Part shown: positions 39,477 through 53,200 of the stretch, in pieces
How positions within the stretch are numbered: the stretch's first letter is position 1
How the letters are laid out: every line of letters begins with the position of its first letter
DNA from: Orbicella franksi
Lineage: Eukaryota
DNA length: 64,000 nt
Assembly: GCA_964199315.1 (NCBI GenBank)
Contig: OZ116706.1
Span: 27,218,001-27,282,000 of the forward strand
Reading direction: 5' to 3'
The notes under the pieces: generated by a model
Seen by the model: the letters and a program-made list of their open reading frames with translations, nothing else
Told to the model about the DNA's origin: nothing
The model's database searches: none
Program-made: the position numbers and the translations under genes

Positions 39477-39897
39477 GGCTCCGTCCAAACTACGGCGAAG
39501 AAATTTGAAAACGGAGGTTTCACTATATAAAAACGCGGCTTTAATTCCACGGTTAGGCCTGCCGTCCACACTATTAATCCGTCACGAAAACGGAGCTTTT
39601 GGAAACGCTCTTCAAACCGGAGGAATTTGAAAACGTCAGCTATACGTTTAAGTCCGTGGTTTTAGTGTGGACGGAAAACAGTTTGAAAACGGAGCTTTTC
39701 GAAAACGATAACATTGCGATAATAGTGTGATTTCCCCGCCCGAGCCACGTTTTCCTCAACCACAAATCCAAAATGACCTCCATGTTATTGTTGCGTTTTC
39801 AAATTCCTCCCGCGTAGTGTGGACGGAAAACATTTGATGCGTTTTCGGAGTGAAATCTCCGTTTTCAAATTTCTCCGTTGCAGTGTGGACGCGGCCT
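39477..39897. mobile_element. Near full-length PIF/Harbinger-like MITE
   Basis: ~40-nt imperfect TIRs GGCTCCGTCCAAACTACGGCGAAGAAATTTGAAAACGGAG / CTCCGTTTTCAAATTTCTCCGTTGCAGTGTGGACGCGGCC. Flanks CAA / TTA are consistent with a decayed TWA target duplication. Internal sub-TIR repeats are present. Confidence 0.8.
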
Positions 39898-42216
39898 TAA
39901 CCTTATTCATACCTGAATTGGTCATCTGGGACCAGGAGAGGGCGAGCTTTTGAGGCCCTCGCGCTGAATCTTTAAGAGTTTTCAAACAATCACAATGAAA
40001 ATGGATGATTTGAAAACGTCTAAAAATATTTCCTTTAGTCCCGTAACATAAAACGATGACTCCGTGTAACGTAAAGTCGATGTCATTATTTCTGAACCAC
40101 CGCCATCTTGATTTTCATGATTTTTGCAAAACATTAGAAAACCAACAAAAATGACTAAAAAATTGTTAAAAATGTTAAAGAACGCTCATGTTGTCTAAAA
40201 AATTTAAATAAATAAAAGATTCTGGAAGGAAGTTAAAATTTCAGAAAATTGAAAAGTTCAAAAACATGTCTGCAAAAATACAGTTCTCTAATTATGAGCA
40301 TTATGAGCAAGTTGGCGAGGGCCTCAAAAGGTCTCCACGGACAAAATTGCCACAAAGATTACTTTGCGGTAAATACATTTTCATACAAATTAACTTAAAA
40401 CGAAACAAAAACAAGATTCATGTCGACGCGACAGAAAACTGGTTTAGCTGAGTACAATCCAGTTTTGACCGTTCTTAAACCGTTTTGTCCAATTGTTTCT
40501 TTTGTGCGTTATAGGTTTAAAACCATTGCATATAGAATTTACAGTGAATTATGTAACTAAAGTCCTCTACCTAAACCTCTGAAGATCTCTTTGTTAATAA
40601 CATTCCGTCAAATGAAGACATGGCTGATCATAGCAGTTATACACGGAACTTATAAAGCAGTCGTGAAATTAAAGCCTGAAAAAAAGATTAGGCTTGAACG
40701 GGATACGAAATCACGAGCTCTGCGATACCGGTGCAATCACTACCAACTGCGCTATCAAACCAACCTTGGGAGCTGGTCACGTTGTAAGTTCGTAAGACAT
40801 CATGTCTTCATATCTTTCTCCGCAGTTCAAATATATGATCTTTCATATATTTACTTGCATTCCGTCAAATATTGCTTTACTGGTTTTGAATTCGACAGGC
40901 AGGAAATTAAATCCTGTTCTCGATGATTTATGATTTGCATTCCTTTATGGAAAAACCTATAACCCAATCTGGATTAGTCAAGACCCGGAAAAATACCAGC
41001 TGTAATCTTTTTTAATTAAACTTGCTCTCAGAGGTTTTTTTTTTTCTTAAAAAAGGGTTTACATTTACTTAAAGCAAATCTAACTGTGCTGTTCAAAGGC
41101 AAGTTTCAAGTTTACAGGTATGTAATTTGTTAACATATTCTTGTACGGGTTCAGATACGGGAGGCAAATATTCCAAAAGGGAACACTATAAAAGTCCCAT
41201 ACTAAATTGTTTCATTTCAGTAAACATTTATTTCAAGGTCATGCTGGGTGCAACCAAGAGACACTGAAGTCCGGTGAACTGTAAATGAATTTGCACAGCT
41301 CATGATTAACCAGAATATAGCAAGAGAATCAAATCTCTGAATCCGATGAACCAGATTTTGCAAAAAGTGGGAGTTATTGGGTATGATCCGTTCCATGCTC
41401 TAATGTTGGAATCCTATGGCTAGATGTCCTAGTTGTCAAGGCAAAGTAGCTAAATTACGTATGACACAAACCTCGTAAGCTTTTGACAAAATACGAGAAT
41501 CTTTCAAATTTATAGTTTCAAATGATTTCAGTGCTAATCTTGTCAAAGACTTTCAGTTGACAAAATTTTACTGGGGGACTCCGGGATACAGGATGGCAAA
41601 TCAATTTTAGTTGTATGATTACTTTAAAGTAGTTGGTAAATTATATGCGATAAGGTTCATTAAACTTGAGTCAACTCTTGTCATTAGGGGAGTATTCACT
41701 TAGAGTCTCAGCTAATTTAGTTTAAAATTTCGTCAAGCTGTAAGAAAGATAAGCATCTCCAGGCGTGAATAGAATTCCGTTCGAGACAGGACGAAACGTC
41801 AAGATCCCTCAGAGTTACAGAATATTTGCCCATAAAATAGTCTCGACTTTTTTGCGACGCAAATGAAATTGAACACTATTGATTTGATCATTATGGAATG
41901 CAGAAAGTCTGATAAGTCAAGGAATGACGCAAAAGAATTTTTATCCCCTTTGATTACGTTGTCTGCAAATATGGTGATTCCCTTGGAATAGAAAAACATC
42001 ATGTAAAACTCGTTGGAAACGAAATTCCTCCTACGTGCTCAATTAATAGAAGAAAGTCTCGCTAACCCTAATACCTTAATTTCTTTCTTGGCGCAGAACA
42101 GGGCTGTAAATGCGCCAAAAACGTTAAGAATAGAATCTTGAACTTTTCTAAGGAGATATATTACTGGGTCATAGATCTTTTATTGTTTCTTCTTTATACC
42201 TTGTACCTTGTGTCGT

Positions 42217-42573
42217 AAGATAGATTAGTCCAGATAGATTGCTTTGTAAACTGCAAGCTATAATAGATGTAGAACTAACTCAGTACAAGAACGTTAAGGA
42301 TATATTTTACACGCGTGCTTGTTAGCAGAGAATCGCATCTAAAACAATGTGAAACAATCTGAGCTTTTTTTTGTGTTAATGTTAGATTACGTATACATGG
42401 AATTCTCAAGATAGATTAGGCTAGATAGATTGCTTTGTAAATTGCAGCTGTAATGTATGTAGTATTACATGAACGTTGATACATTTTGCACGCGTGCTTG
42501 ATACCAGAGGCTCGCAGCTAAAACAAACTTTGTGAAACAATCCGAGTTTTTTTTTATGTTGATGTTAGATCAC
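42217..42573. repeat. Two-copy tandem duplication, period 191 bp
   Basis: AAGATAGATTAG...AGATAGATTGCTTTGTAAA...CACGCGTGCTTG...TGTGAAACAATC...ATGTTAGAT at 42217 and 42408. Confidence 0.9.
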
Positions 42574-45500
42574 CCCAATTTTCTAGACTATTTATGTACA
42601 GGAAAATTATCTCAGCTGACACTGAGGTTATTAAAAAAAAGGATTGTCAATAAGCTAAAGTTGTTTAGATGAAGATGAGTCGCCAACCTCGATAGTTTAG
42701 CAAAACAAAGATGTCTTGCTAACCAGACCTTAATTTCAGACAATGATTGTCGGGACACGCGAAGAATTTCTTCTTTGGCCGTATCTAAGATGGACCCTCA
42801 ATGAACTTTCGTCAATGTTGCAAAAAGGCGTCTTATTATACAACGATTTTCAACATAAATTGTGAAGACTCTGAGATAGAAGAAAGGGCTGTAGAATGCA
42901 GATTTTGGGGCGACCATCCTTCCATAGATTTCTTCGTCTGGCATGCCTATTTTCAGAGCATCTGTGTTGGTCTACATTTTTTTAATCAACCCTAGGCGTA
43001 ACATTCTTGGCTAGAACTCAGTTTCGGGGGGACCTCAGAGTGACAGACAGCTCAGTGGCTTAGGCAGTGACCTGCGTGGGCATTCAGGAAATTCGTTCCA
43101 CAATTCATGGAGTTAACAAAAACAACAACAGTCAAAATGAACTCTGTATGGTGAAAAAACCTTTTACAGCCATTCTATGGTGACAGTTTTCCTTTTCCTT
43201 AATTAAAAAGACAAATTTTTAATAACATACAATTTAAATTTCATGAAAAGAAAGAAAGAAAAAAAAAACAGGGATTTAAAGTTTTCTGCAGGTTTAGAGT
43301 TTGAAAAACAAAACAAAAACAAAATTCAAGCCAAACTGAAAATCGCGAGGCCCAAATTTCAGGTATTTCCATATGGTATCCATTGCTATCTTTGCTGTAT
43401 ATCGTTAGCGTTCGTCACATGCCAGTGAATTCCTGTCATTGGCCCAATGCTGTTACAGTGCACAAAGCAGTTATTTAAGGTTTCCCTATGATCTGAGTTT
43501 TCTTACATGCTTTTTAAAGGTGGCCATGCTATAAATAGATGATGGCATGCAGTGCCCTCTTAACCCGATTTTACTTTTTTACCAAATGTGAATAGACAAA
43601 ATGACTTAGTTCGGTGTAAAACATAAAAAAACGCGAATAGAAAGTTTCCTTAGCACTATTTATTGTCATTACGATGTGCAGAGTGCTTTTCCTTATGGAC
43701 TTGCAGACGTTAACAATTACCGTCAATAAGGTCGTCAAATTGTGAAAGAACCTGTACCCCTCTCGCATAACACAAGCAAGCTGAAGATACACAAAATGCA
43801 TCACAGGACTTGTTAATCCTCTGTCAGCTATTATCTGATTGGCTGACTGTCATACTGTTGTAGAAATAAAAAGAATTGTGCAAGACCTAGATTCGACAAT
43901 GCTGAGGAAACACTCGCTCCTACGCACAGAAGCAAAAGCGATTCGGAATGGATCACTTTGTTTGTTGCAAGTGGCTGTTTTGAGAACCCGTCAAAATTTG
44001 CTCGCTGAAGCGTTTAGGTCCGTTACCAAGTTACAAGGCTTCAACCAAGCTAGATGAGCACAATTAACAGTATACAGGGCAAACAATTCTCTAATCATTG
44101 TGTTTTCAAAACACTTGCCCAGCTTTTTTTTTTTACTTCCGGCTGAACAGAGCTTCAGCTTTCCGACCGTGGAACTACTACAGTTAGTCATCACGAGTTT
44201 CCTATTATTAGTCCATTATCTTTTCTTCGCGTCAGAACATAAGTTAGCAATTACTCGTTGCTATTTTAAGTCACAGTGCACTTTACGGCCTATCAACATT
44301 TGATCTTGTTTCAATTAACGACTTGATACTTGAATGGTCGTATGCGAGGGGACCATTACGCGTGCCCTAACCACAGAATGAATGAAACGTGTCGCTAGTC
44401 GACTCTTCGCTTCTTTAACATTTAGCTTCTCTATCTGGCCTTTAAGTGTTGTTTGGTGTCTTCGTTCTGCCCATCAGATGCGCCTTCCGAGCGTTTAATT
44501 CAAGGCAGCGGAATTCCTTCACAATAGGCAACAGTGAGTTTGAAGTTTGCTCTGTTTATCACGAAGTGATCGTCATAGGGGACTGCGGGCTATTTTGGGT
44601 CCCAGCCAGTAATTCAGCAGCTCCTAAGAATGGTTGAAAGAACTCTAGAACTGTGATGTTTAACCATATTTAACCGAGGTATGCTATGAATCTGCCAGCT
44701 ATTGGGGAACAGATAAACTGGAACGTTCTTGAGGGGCCATTGCATAGAAGATACTTATAAAATGTCACAATACATTTCTACACTCCCTTCACTCGTTCTC
44801 GATGGTTTATTCGACGTTTATTTAGACAAAAATAGATCAAATTTAGCCTGTTGTGGTGAGCTTTAGTTAGTCTCCCGATATTTACCCAGTTGATGTACTT
44901 GACAGGCACCAATTGTGACTTTGCTACAGTTTAATCTTGCTGCTAATGGATACATCTTTATTGTAGACACCTCGCGCGTTGTTTTTGACGCCTTTAGAAT
45001 ACCAAACCCCAGGGGCTATTATTGTTACAGACACCTTCATATAAATACAAACCCAGGACCTGCAAAGTCTATTCCTGTACTATCTAGAGCTCGTTGCTGG
45101 TCATGTTATGTCCAATTCTGTGCTCTTGGGACACGGTACAAAAATCTCGATATGAACTCTTTTATTGGCCGCTAAACCATTTATCGCTGGGGCGCTCTTT
45201 TATTTGCACTCATTTTACAGATTTATCTTTGAGTCCAATACTTATCTTCGGCGTTATCTCGATCACCTTTATGACACTGCGATATTTTTATCCCGTTTTG
45301 TTTGACTTGGCCTTCAGTGCCCTAAAAAAAACTCGGGAAGTTTGTTGAAGTAATAAAGAGATGGAGGTGAAGGCTGCTGCTACACATGAAACGACAATGT
45401 TTTGTACTGTTGAAATCTAGCTTTTCCACAGCTCTCTTGCAAGTGCTGTTTCTAAGATCAAGCTGGATCGACTGAGGGCTGTCAAAAAAAACCGTTCTGA

Positions 45501-46979
45501 TTACAGTACATAATTATTTGCATTCACTTCCCTCATCATGTCAAGATCGAGAGCATATTTTCGTTCCTGACACATGACTGAAATTTTATTCGTCTATTGC
45601 CATTGTTGTTCCATCCGCACAAAAAAACATATCGCAACTCGTTAAATCCGCATGCCATTAAGACACGCGCGATGGACGCGCGTGACGTGATGCGCATCAT
45701 ATCGCCCGCGATCACTCGAGTCGAGAAGTATTCAAGTTATGCCCGGCAATGTTTTTCAAATGCTTCTGCTTTCAATGCCTCTCTGTTGCATGGGCTACGT
45801 GAAACCATCGCTCGAGTCACGGATCAATCAAATACGCAAGGTCACACTGAGGCTTAATTATGCGAGCTCTTGTTAATAAATTAACAAAGGGAAAAATAAA
45901 TTAACAATGGCAAACCGCGGGGAGGAAGTTTAGAGAAAACAAACATTCAAAACAAATAAAGGACTAGGGAATGTGCGAATATCAGGTGTTTTTGTAAACT
46001 TCAAGTCACGCTAACCTGTAAGAGCTGGTGGTTTTGCCGGCCTGTTTTATAATGTGTGGCGCATCTAAAATAGAGTGAGCCGCGGTGAGCCGTGCAAATC
46101 TGTGTCAACAGCGAGGTAACAATGCGAAACGTAATCCTAAATGCACACAGCTAAGAATGAAATACGAGCTGCTAAAGTCGGCTACGATAAACGACCAGTT
46201 AATATATAACCACATAACTGTTTTAATTTCCCCCCCCCCCCCCCCGGGCAATACCCCAATGGGCTGGATATCTGTAACATAACAGAATGGCAAAGGGATA
46301 ACACAGTGAGGAATTCAGACGTGACGACTTTATTTTTGAACAAGACAAGTTGAGGTTAGAGACAAAAGTGGTTACGATTTCTTGTAAGGTAACATGATCC
46401 AAGAACCTCTCGGAAGTACTGTACTTAACCAATAACCATTTTTTACTTAATCAGTATTTTCGTTAAATGCATACTTGTGAAAAACAATTGATTTAGCAAT
46501 TACACTGTAAGCACTTTATGGTGCCGATGCAGACTTTCCTACATTCAGTGAAGCAAAGATTTTTTGTCACCCCACGCCACACATCAAGGTCTCGTCTTTG
46601 TTTTTATTTTGTATTTGGGTCATTTTTTTCCTCAAAAGACGAGTCTTGTCTAAGCCACTTAGTTAAAGAGTTGGCGAAAAGAAGCGACAAGAATTTCCGG
46701 GGAATGAAAACTCTTCAATAGAATAGTGATTGATAAATAATAATCTACTAATTGGTTCGGTTTTTGGCACAACTAGCCAATCAAGACGAATAATATATCT
46801 TTAATTAAGCCATAATAGAGCGTAGACGTTTAATTGTGGTGCAGCGTGAATTTGTTTTTCCTCAAAATTAACACTGATTGGAAACTCGCTAACGATTGGT
46901 TTTCTGAAACAATGCTTTGCGCTTAAAATGAGATCCAACAAAAACAGAATGCCTTTGTCTCGCGAGAAGAATAGCTTTG

Positions 46980-47720
46980 ACACCTTTCTTTGCAGGTAGT
47001 GTACTGCTAAAATACTGCGTCAAAACATTGTTTGGTCGGATGAAGTACTTTTTCCACTTGTTTGCCGATGGGCGCCTTTGGGACAGCTTAGTTGGCTGAA
47101 TCTTTCAGAAGCCTTTTACGTGTGTATTTCCGGTGCCTTTTTTCGCCCACAATTTGCCTGCATTCAATGATTAAACTTGCAGAATTAACCCGTTAAATCT
47201 GTTGAGTTGTAAAGTCTTTTAGCTTCAGCAGACCTCTGTGATCGGATACAACGCAGTCTATGCGCCCACGGTTGTCAATCAAATGCGCGCACCGGTGTTG
47301 AGTTACTACCCCGTGCGCTAAATTTAGCGTAACAGATAACTTCACTATGAAGGGTAAATTTATGTACGCGTGAGTGCGTCTAACCTATAAAACATTGTGA
47401 CACAAATTTTTTTGTTTCCCTCGAAGGTTTTTTGACGTCGTGGGCGCGATTTACATGACACAAGTGTGTGTGTGCGAGCTGGAAAGACACTGTGTTGGTC
47501 TTACTCATCAAAGCGATCCTGACCTGTTGGAGTTAAATATGCGAATGAAGGCAGTGTAATGTCTAGGAATCTTGAGCATTGTTCGTTGAATCTTGGCGTG
47601 TGGAATCGAAGATCTGTTAGTGGTAAATATTTTAGTGTTATACATCTGTGCGCAGTGAATTCGACGAACGACCACGGACATCTGACGGCGCAATTGAATT
47701 CCTACAAACTGTAAACGAGG
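46980..47720 (+). promoter_or_regulatory. CpG-rich promoter/5' leader region of the ARHGEF17-like gene
   Basis: High CpG density (about 24 CpG in 47101-47520 by eye) immediately upstream of the ATG. The TSS was not located. Confidence 0.45.
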
Positions 47721-50214
47721 ATGTCCACTCGCCCAGCACAATTTGACGCCGAAACTGGCAGATCAGTTCCACCGAGCGCGACACAGGCGCGCTCGAGAAG
47801 TGAAAGACGGCACGAAGGGAGCAGAGAAGGGCGAGGAGCCCATAGAGCTCGGATGGGAGCTAGTGAAGTGGAACCAACGGAAGTGAGCATTTCGCACAAA
47901 AAAGCGTACGGGAAGACGAGTGAAAAGGCTCAATTAAAAATCTCCAAAGCGCGCACTCATGGTAGTCATGTTTCTAGTTCTGCGGTAAGTGAGGGCCCGC
48001 AGCCATCGCTGGACTATGTTACACCGCACTTATCTGGGAGAAACACACAGGATTATTCTCCTAAATCGAGCTCGAGTCTCTATGCTGGCACGACAGCCGA
48101 TTCGGAAAGAACGAAGTTCATGGACAACATTCCAGGGATACCAGCAAGTGAACAGTTGACTCAGCGAGGCGACCGGGCCGGCCGCACGCTATTTCCGCCC
48201 CCTTCAGTTTCCAACTATGGACAAAATGCTACTTATCCCACTGGCCTTTCATCTGACGTGAAAGGTTTGCCTAGAGACACGATTAACAACAGTGACTTGG
48301 TTTTCTGCAAAGCTCCAACGAACAGACACTCGAAATCGGTGCGTGTTAAGGGCCAAGCAGAAACAGAAATGCAATGGAATGCGACTCAGGAAAATAGCTA
48401 TCGTCCCCGAGACGATCAGAGAAACAGGCCTGCGACGAACGAACTCCATTACTCGACAAGAACGCGAGGAAGGCGGAATAAAGATGGCGGCAGCATTGTT
48501 TACAACGATGTAAAGTTTTCGGGATCGAGCCGACAAAATATTACGAGACGTTCGACTTCTACCTCGTATTCGGAGTCGCCGACAGACACCCAGGGTTCAT
48601 CGACAGAATCGGAAAGCGATATCAGCTCATCCCTTGACACACCGCTTAAGCGCAGACGGCGCATTAGGCGAAAGCCGTCCAATAAGTCGATTGGCTCAAG
48701 TGTATACGGCGACGACAACACCAGCGAGTCCGAAAACCAGAGCGTCAGTGAACCGTCCGACACGAGCAGCGCAGCCTACTCGCAGAGGAAAAGAAGGACG
48801 CAGTTTCCATCGGATGAGCCTTCCAACGTAGCGCCTCTTGTGAGCTACAAGGAGCTCCGAAATGCTGCTAACAAAATCAGGTCAAGTAGTATGACTTCTG
48901 TGAGCTCACTGGAGGGAGCGGGACTTTCTAGCGACCCTTCTAGAATCCAGTCACCGTTGTTATCTCCAAAAGGGACTAGCATAGCTAAAGTCAGAAAAAT
49001 CCAAATTTGCTCGTTTACTTCGTTTGCCGATAGTCGGTTGAACGACAAAGAAAACCTGCCTCAAAGGAGGAGATCTACCGAGGAGAGGGAATCGTTTAAA
49101 ATCAGGGGGAGACCTCAGACTGAATCATCTTCCAGAGAACTGTCCAGGGACAGACCCCCTTTGACAAGACAAGGTTCAGAATCTCCATCACTGTCCAAGA
49201 ACCCGTTTAGCCTCAAATCAAAGCCATTCGTGCGGAAATCAAGTAAAGACTCACTTTTCAGTGACAGTGAATGCAGTAATATTGCCCCTGATAGAGGGCA
49301 TGCTAGCACCGTGTATGATGTTCCTGTTTTGCAGGAGCAGGAGGCACGCTGCAATTCTGCACCCCCTGCCCCTGTGCCAATTGACACCAGAGAGTCCAGA
49401 TTGTATTCTAATCTGCCTGATAGTGAACTAGCTTCTCCGCGAAGTGCATTTGTTCCCGTAAAACCTAACAAAAGAACTATTAATGACCATGAACCAAGCC
49501 CACCTGTATCTGCTCCTGTAGCATTTGCAGACTCGCGGCCAGAGAAGGGTAATTCAACATCAGCCGATGTTTTATTACAGCCTGTGCCAAGGCATGGTAA
49601 TCGACCTCTTTCTATTGTCCAAGAAACAGATGAATTTGTGGATATACAGGAGGATGATAGTTACGCGGTAAAAAAGGTTGAAAAAATGTCCAAAAAATCA
49701 CACCTATCGAGGAGCTCCCCTGTAAGGACATCACAAGATCATAGAACAACATCACCTTCTGCTGAGGACACTAAATCTACGTTACGGAGATTATCCTACG
49801 TTAGGGCTCAGAAAAACTCTGCAGAACTCCCCATGCAGCCTCTAGCAGTGCCGCCGTTGAACAACAATTCCAATTCTGATTCTTCACCGTCCCATTCGGC
49901 AGTACCATCCTCAAGGAGGTACAACTCAGAAGAAAACAGTGATACAAAAAGAGTACTGAAAGAGTTTGATCCAGTTGACCCCCATGAAACAATGAGAACT
50001 GCGGCGCCTCCAGTTGTCGCAGAGGGTGACTTGATAAGTTTTGATGATGAAAATAGTGAGGTGAAGGAGCCAGTTAAAAAGAGGACAAAAAGAATCTCGC
50101 GACCTAAAATACCAACAATTCTAAGTGGTGAAGAGGAAGAGGGTACAAATGACATGGACCATTTTGAAACTTCAAGGGGTATGGTAGAGGAGGGCAATGT
50201 TTCTTACAACAAAG
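47721..50214 (+). CDS. ARHGEF17: ARHGEF17-like exon 1 (giant Ser/Arg/Pro-rich exon)
   Basis: Long ORF from the ATG, with an in-frame TAA just upstream at 47712. Donor AAAG|GTAATG, phase 1. An alternative in-phase donor GGG|GTATGG follows 50178. Confidence 0.8.
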
Positions 50215-53200
50215 GTAATGAGTCTAAAATGCTTTTCGCTGCAAGAGTACATAATGTTGTTCTTCTTGCCAATTACTGGGCACATCTTTTAACAATATAT
50301 AGTCAAGAGAAGTGTAACGGTACATCACAACACTTACCCCTGTTGATTATTTCTTTACTCTCCTCACTTGCCTGCATGAAAATATATTGATTTTGTCAGG
50401 AGAAATTATATGTGATCATAGTTGAAAATTGAAAGGTCAGATATGTTCTTTCAGACTGACTTGATGCAGCACTAACCTTTTTCAGTTTAGCAATTGCACA
50501 AGTACAACAAACTGTACATCTTAAGCAGAATTTTCATTTTCATTTTTCATTGCCATACAGTGAGGATGGAAAGGAAATTTAAAGGGAATTTATGCTGATG
50601 TGAAATTTTTCTGTAGCACTGTACTATCCATGACAGATTTCCCTACACATTATTATGAAATGTACATGTTATCAGTGGTAGGATTATGTATATGGCTGCA
50701 TCTTTGGCGATATTTGCATAAACTATAACAGAGAAAAAAATTAGGTGTAAAAATTAATTAGAAATAAATGACAAAGAAAAAAGAAGAGTTATATCAAACA
50801 ACAGAGTAGTTTTAAAAACAAGTAGGATTGTTCTTTTGAGTTACTCCTATCGAGTGCTTTTGGAATTTTCAAACAATGCTATATTTAATTTCATTAATGG
50901 ACATTGTGTTGTGGTCTGTCATTGTTTCCCTACAAAACACAACAACTTATTTAAATTGATTTAAGTTACGTGCCACAGGCGTAAGTCTATTTATACAAAA
51001 CCCAAGATTTGTTTTCAAATTGGTTAACTTTCATTTAATCACATTTCTGCAACAAAGATACATTCCTAATGTGATTGTTAGTTGCTCATTATCTTGAAGT
51101 GGAGTATTCATGCAGCAAAATTCAAATGAGATTCTATACTTTGCATACTTTTGAGATAAGTCAAAATTGATGACCTTTAAATCAATTTGCATTAAACATC
51201 AATGGCACATCTTGATTCGGTTGTTGTCAGAAAAGCTTTAGTTTCCAAGTTAATGTCACTTGATGCTTTTAAACTAAAAGTGTAGTCCTCTAGCTCTGTT
51301 ATGTAGCTTTTTTACCAAAAAGGGGTGTCCTTTTCTCTGGTTAGTTTGTGCCGTAAAAATTGAATTAAAACTGAGTACCTAATTTCTTGTAGCCATGAGT
51401 TTAGTGTCAGAGGTATTTGTATCTTTCCCCCTTCATTGCAGTTATGTTGTTCATTTTCTTTGTTTTCGTCCATGTTTAACAGAAATTTCAGGACTGTTTG
51501 ATGGATCAAACAGAGACACCATTATTGCGCATGACACTGATGAGGACAGCACTCCCAGGGCAGCTTCCGATGCTGAAGAAAATGACGCAGCAGATTCATT
51601 GGGCTACAACGGTGGCAGTGAACTGGACCAGGGGCTAGTTGATTCTTTCTACCATAGTAAAGATGATGTTTTTGAGGATATTAGCCAAAAAGTTTCCCCC
51701 AGGAGAAGATTACAGAAAAGGGCTTCCCTGCCATTGATTAAAACAGAACTTTACCAAGATGAAGCTAAGAAAGTTGAAGATGTACCAAAAATGGAGGTAG
51801 TACCTGAATCACCAAGTTTACGGAAAGCAGAAACCATCAGTGATCTTAGTTTAGATCAGGTTTCACGTCACCTCAAAGTGATTCCGTACGACAATGGTGA
51901 TCTTAAACAGCATACAGACTCGTCATTTCAAGATGATAAGAGTTTAGAGAGCTGCAGTCCTCCACCCGGGTCTGTACCTTCACCAAGTCCTAGTCAAATA
52001 AGTTTTGATGCACTGTCTTTAACAACCAGTGGTTTCAGTGAAACCCATTCTGAACAGGTCAGCACTGGGGATCTCAATGCCGTTGATGATCTCTTAGGTA
52101 TGGATGCTGCAGCTAGTGTTAAGTCCTTGGATGCGTGGCGTTCCCAAAGTGACCCTAGTCATGGCACTCAGTTAGAGGATACCATTGCTGAGGCGGAGCT
52201 GCAGGCACATCGCAACAGTAACAGTGAACCTAATCTGTCGGGAGAAAAATTAAAGGAAGAAGCTGAACAGTTGGCCAAGAGAGTGAATGGTGGAAACCAA
52301 GTAGAACCAAAGAGTCATGGGATAACAGAACATGACGATGATGATAATGATGATGACAAAGATACCTCTTTGGCTGAGTTGAGTCCAGATGATGGTTGTT
52401 ATGAACTGGACAAACCTGAGCACCACACGAAACCAGTGCAGCGAGCCAAATCTGCACCAACACCAACCACGCCAACTACTCCGAGGTCGCAAAGAATAGC
52501 AAATTCTTTTGCGGTAGAAAAGGCTCAAGTTAAACTCAATAAACTGGCAGCAATGGAAACAATAATTGAAATGCCACATGCTGAACCAGCTATCATTATA
52601 GAAAAGCCAAAAGTTGAGAAAAAGCGAAGTACCGCACTGGAAGGTAGCTGCACCTCTCCGGCAGCCATACCAAAAGAGGACAAGAGGAAGCTGTCAGTGA
52701 CTAAAGAGCCAGGAAAGGCACAGAAGTCCAAACATGTGAGTAAAATGTTGATACTCTAGTTTTTGTTTTACTCTACAACCTGTATATCTTGTATACACTT
52801 GTATATCTGCCTCTTGCACTCCTAAAAACTTGGAGAAAGAAAGCACACATCAACTGTAAGTACAACCTTAGGGTACTCAACAAACATGGTGTTACAAAGG
52901 TTTCTGTCTTTACCACATGTAGAGTTATGTCTATGGCTGGTGTCAAAAGTTCTCTAAATTGCAGTATTTGAGGTCTTTTGTTGTCTTTGAGTGTAAAATT
53001 TACATCTATGCATTCTGGGAAGCATGGCCCAACAGTTAATAATGTTTGTTTGTGTGGCAATTTATGAATTAACAACAGCAGGTTCATTCATGTGATAACT
53101 TTTAAACCCTAAGTTAATTGAAACACTGGAGGGTAGGTTCCCTAAGGGTAGGAGAAGAGGAGAGCAGCAATCTACACTGGCCAGAATTACCTTGATTTTA

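Noticed and set aside
41800-42215. Protein-like plus frame with hydrophobic end (FDYVVCKYGDSLGIEKHHVKLVGNE...)
   Set aside because: Multiple stops; only a vague resemblance to IFI44-like C-termini that I cannot support.
43045-43100. AGCTCAGTGG tRNA/SINE A-box-like motif
   Set aside because: No B box and no cloverleaf.
47702-52731. Many antisense or alternative-frame ORFs over ARHGEF17 exons 1-2
   Set aside because: Shadow ORFs of a long coding sequence; no independent domain or splice evidence.
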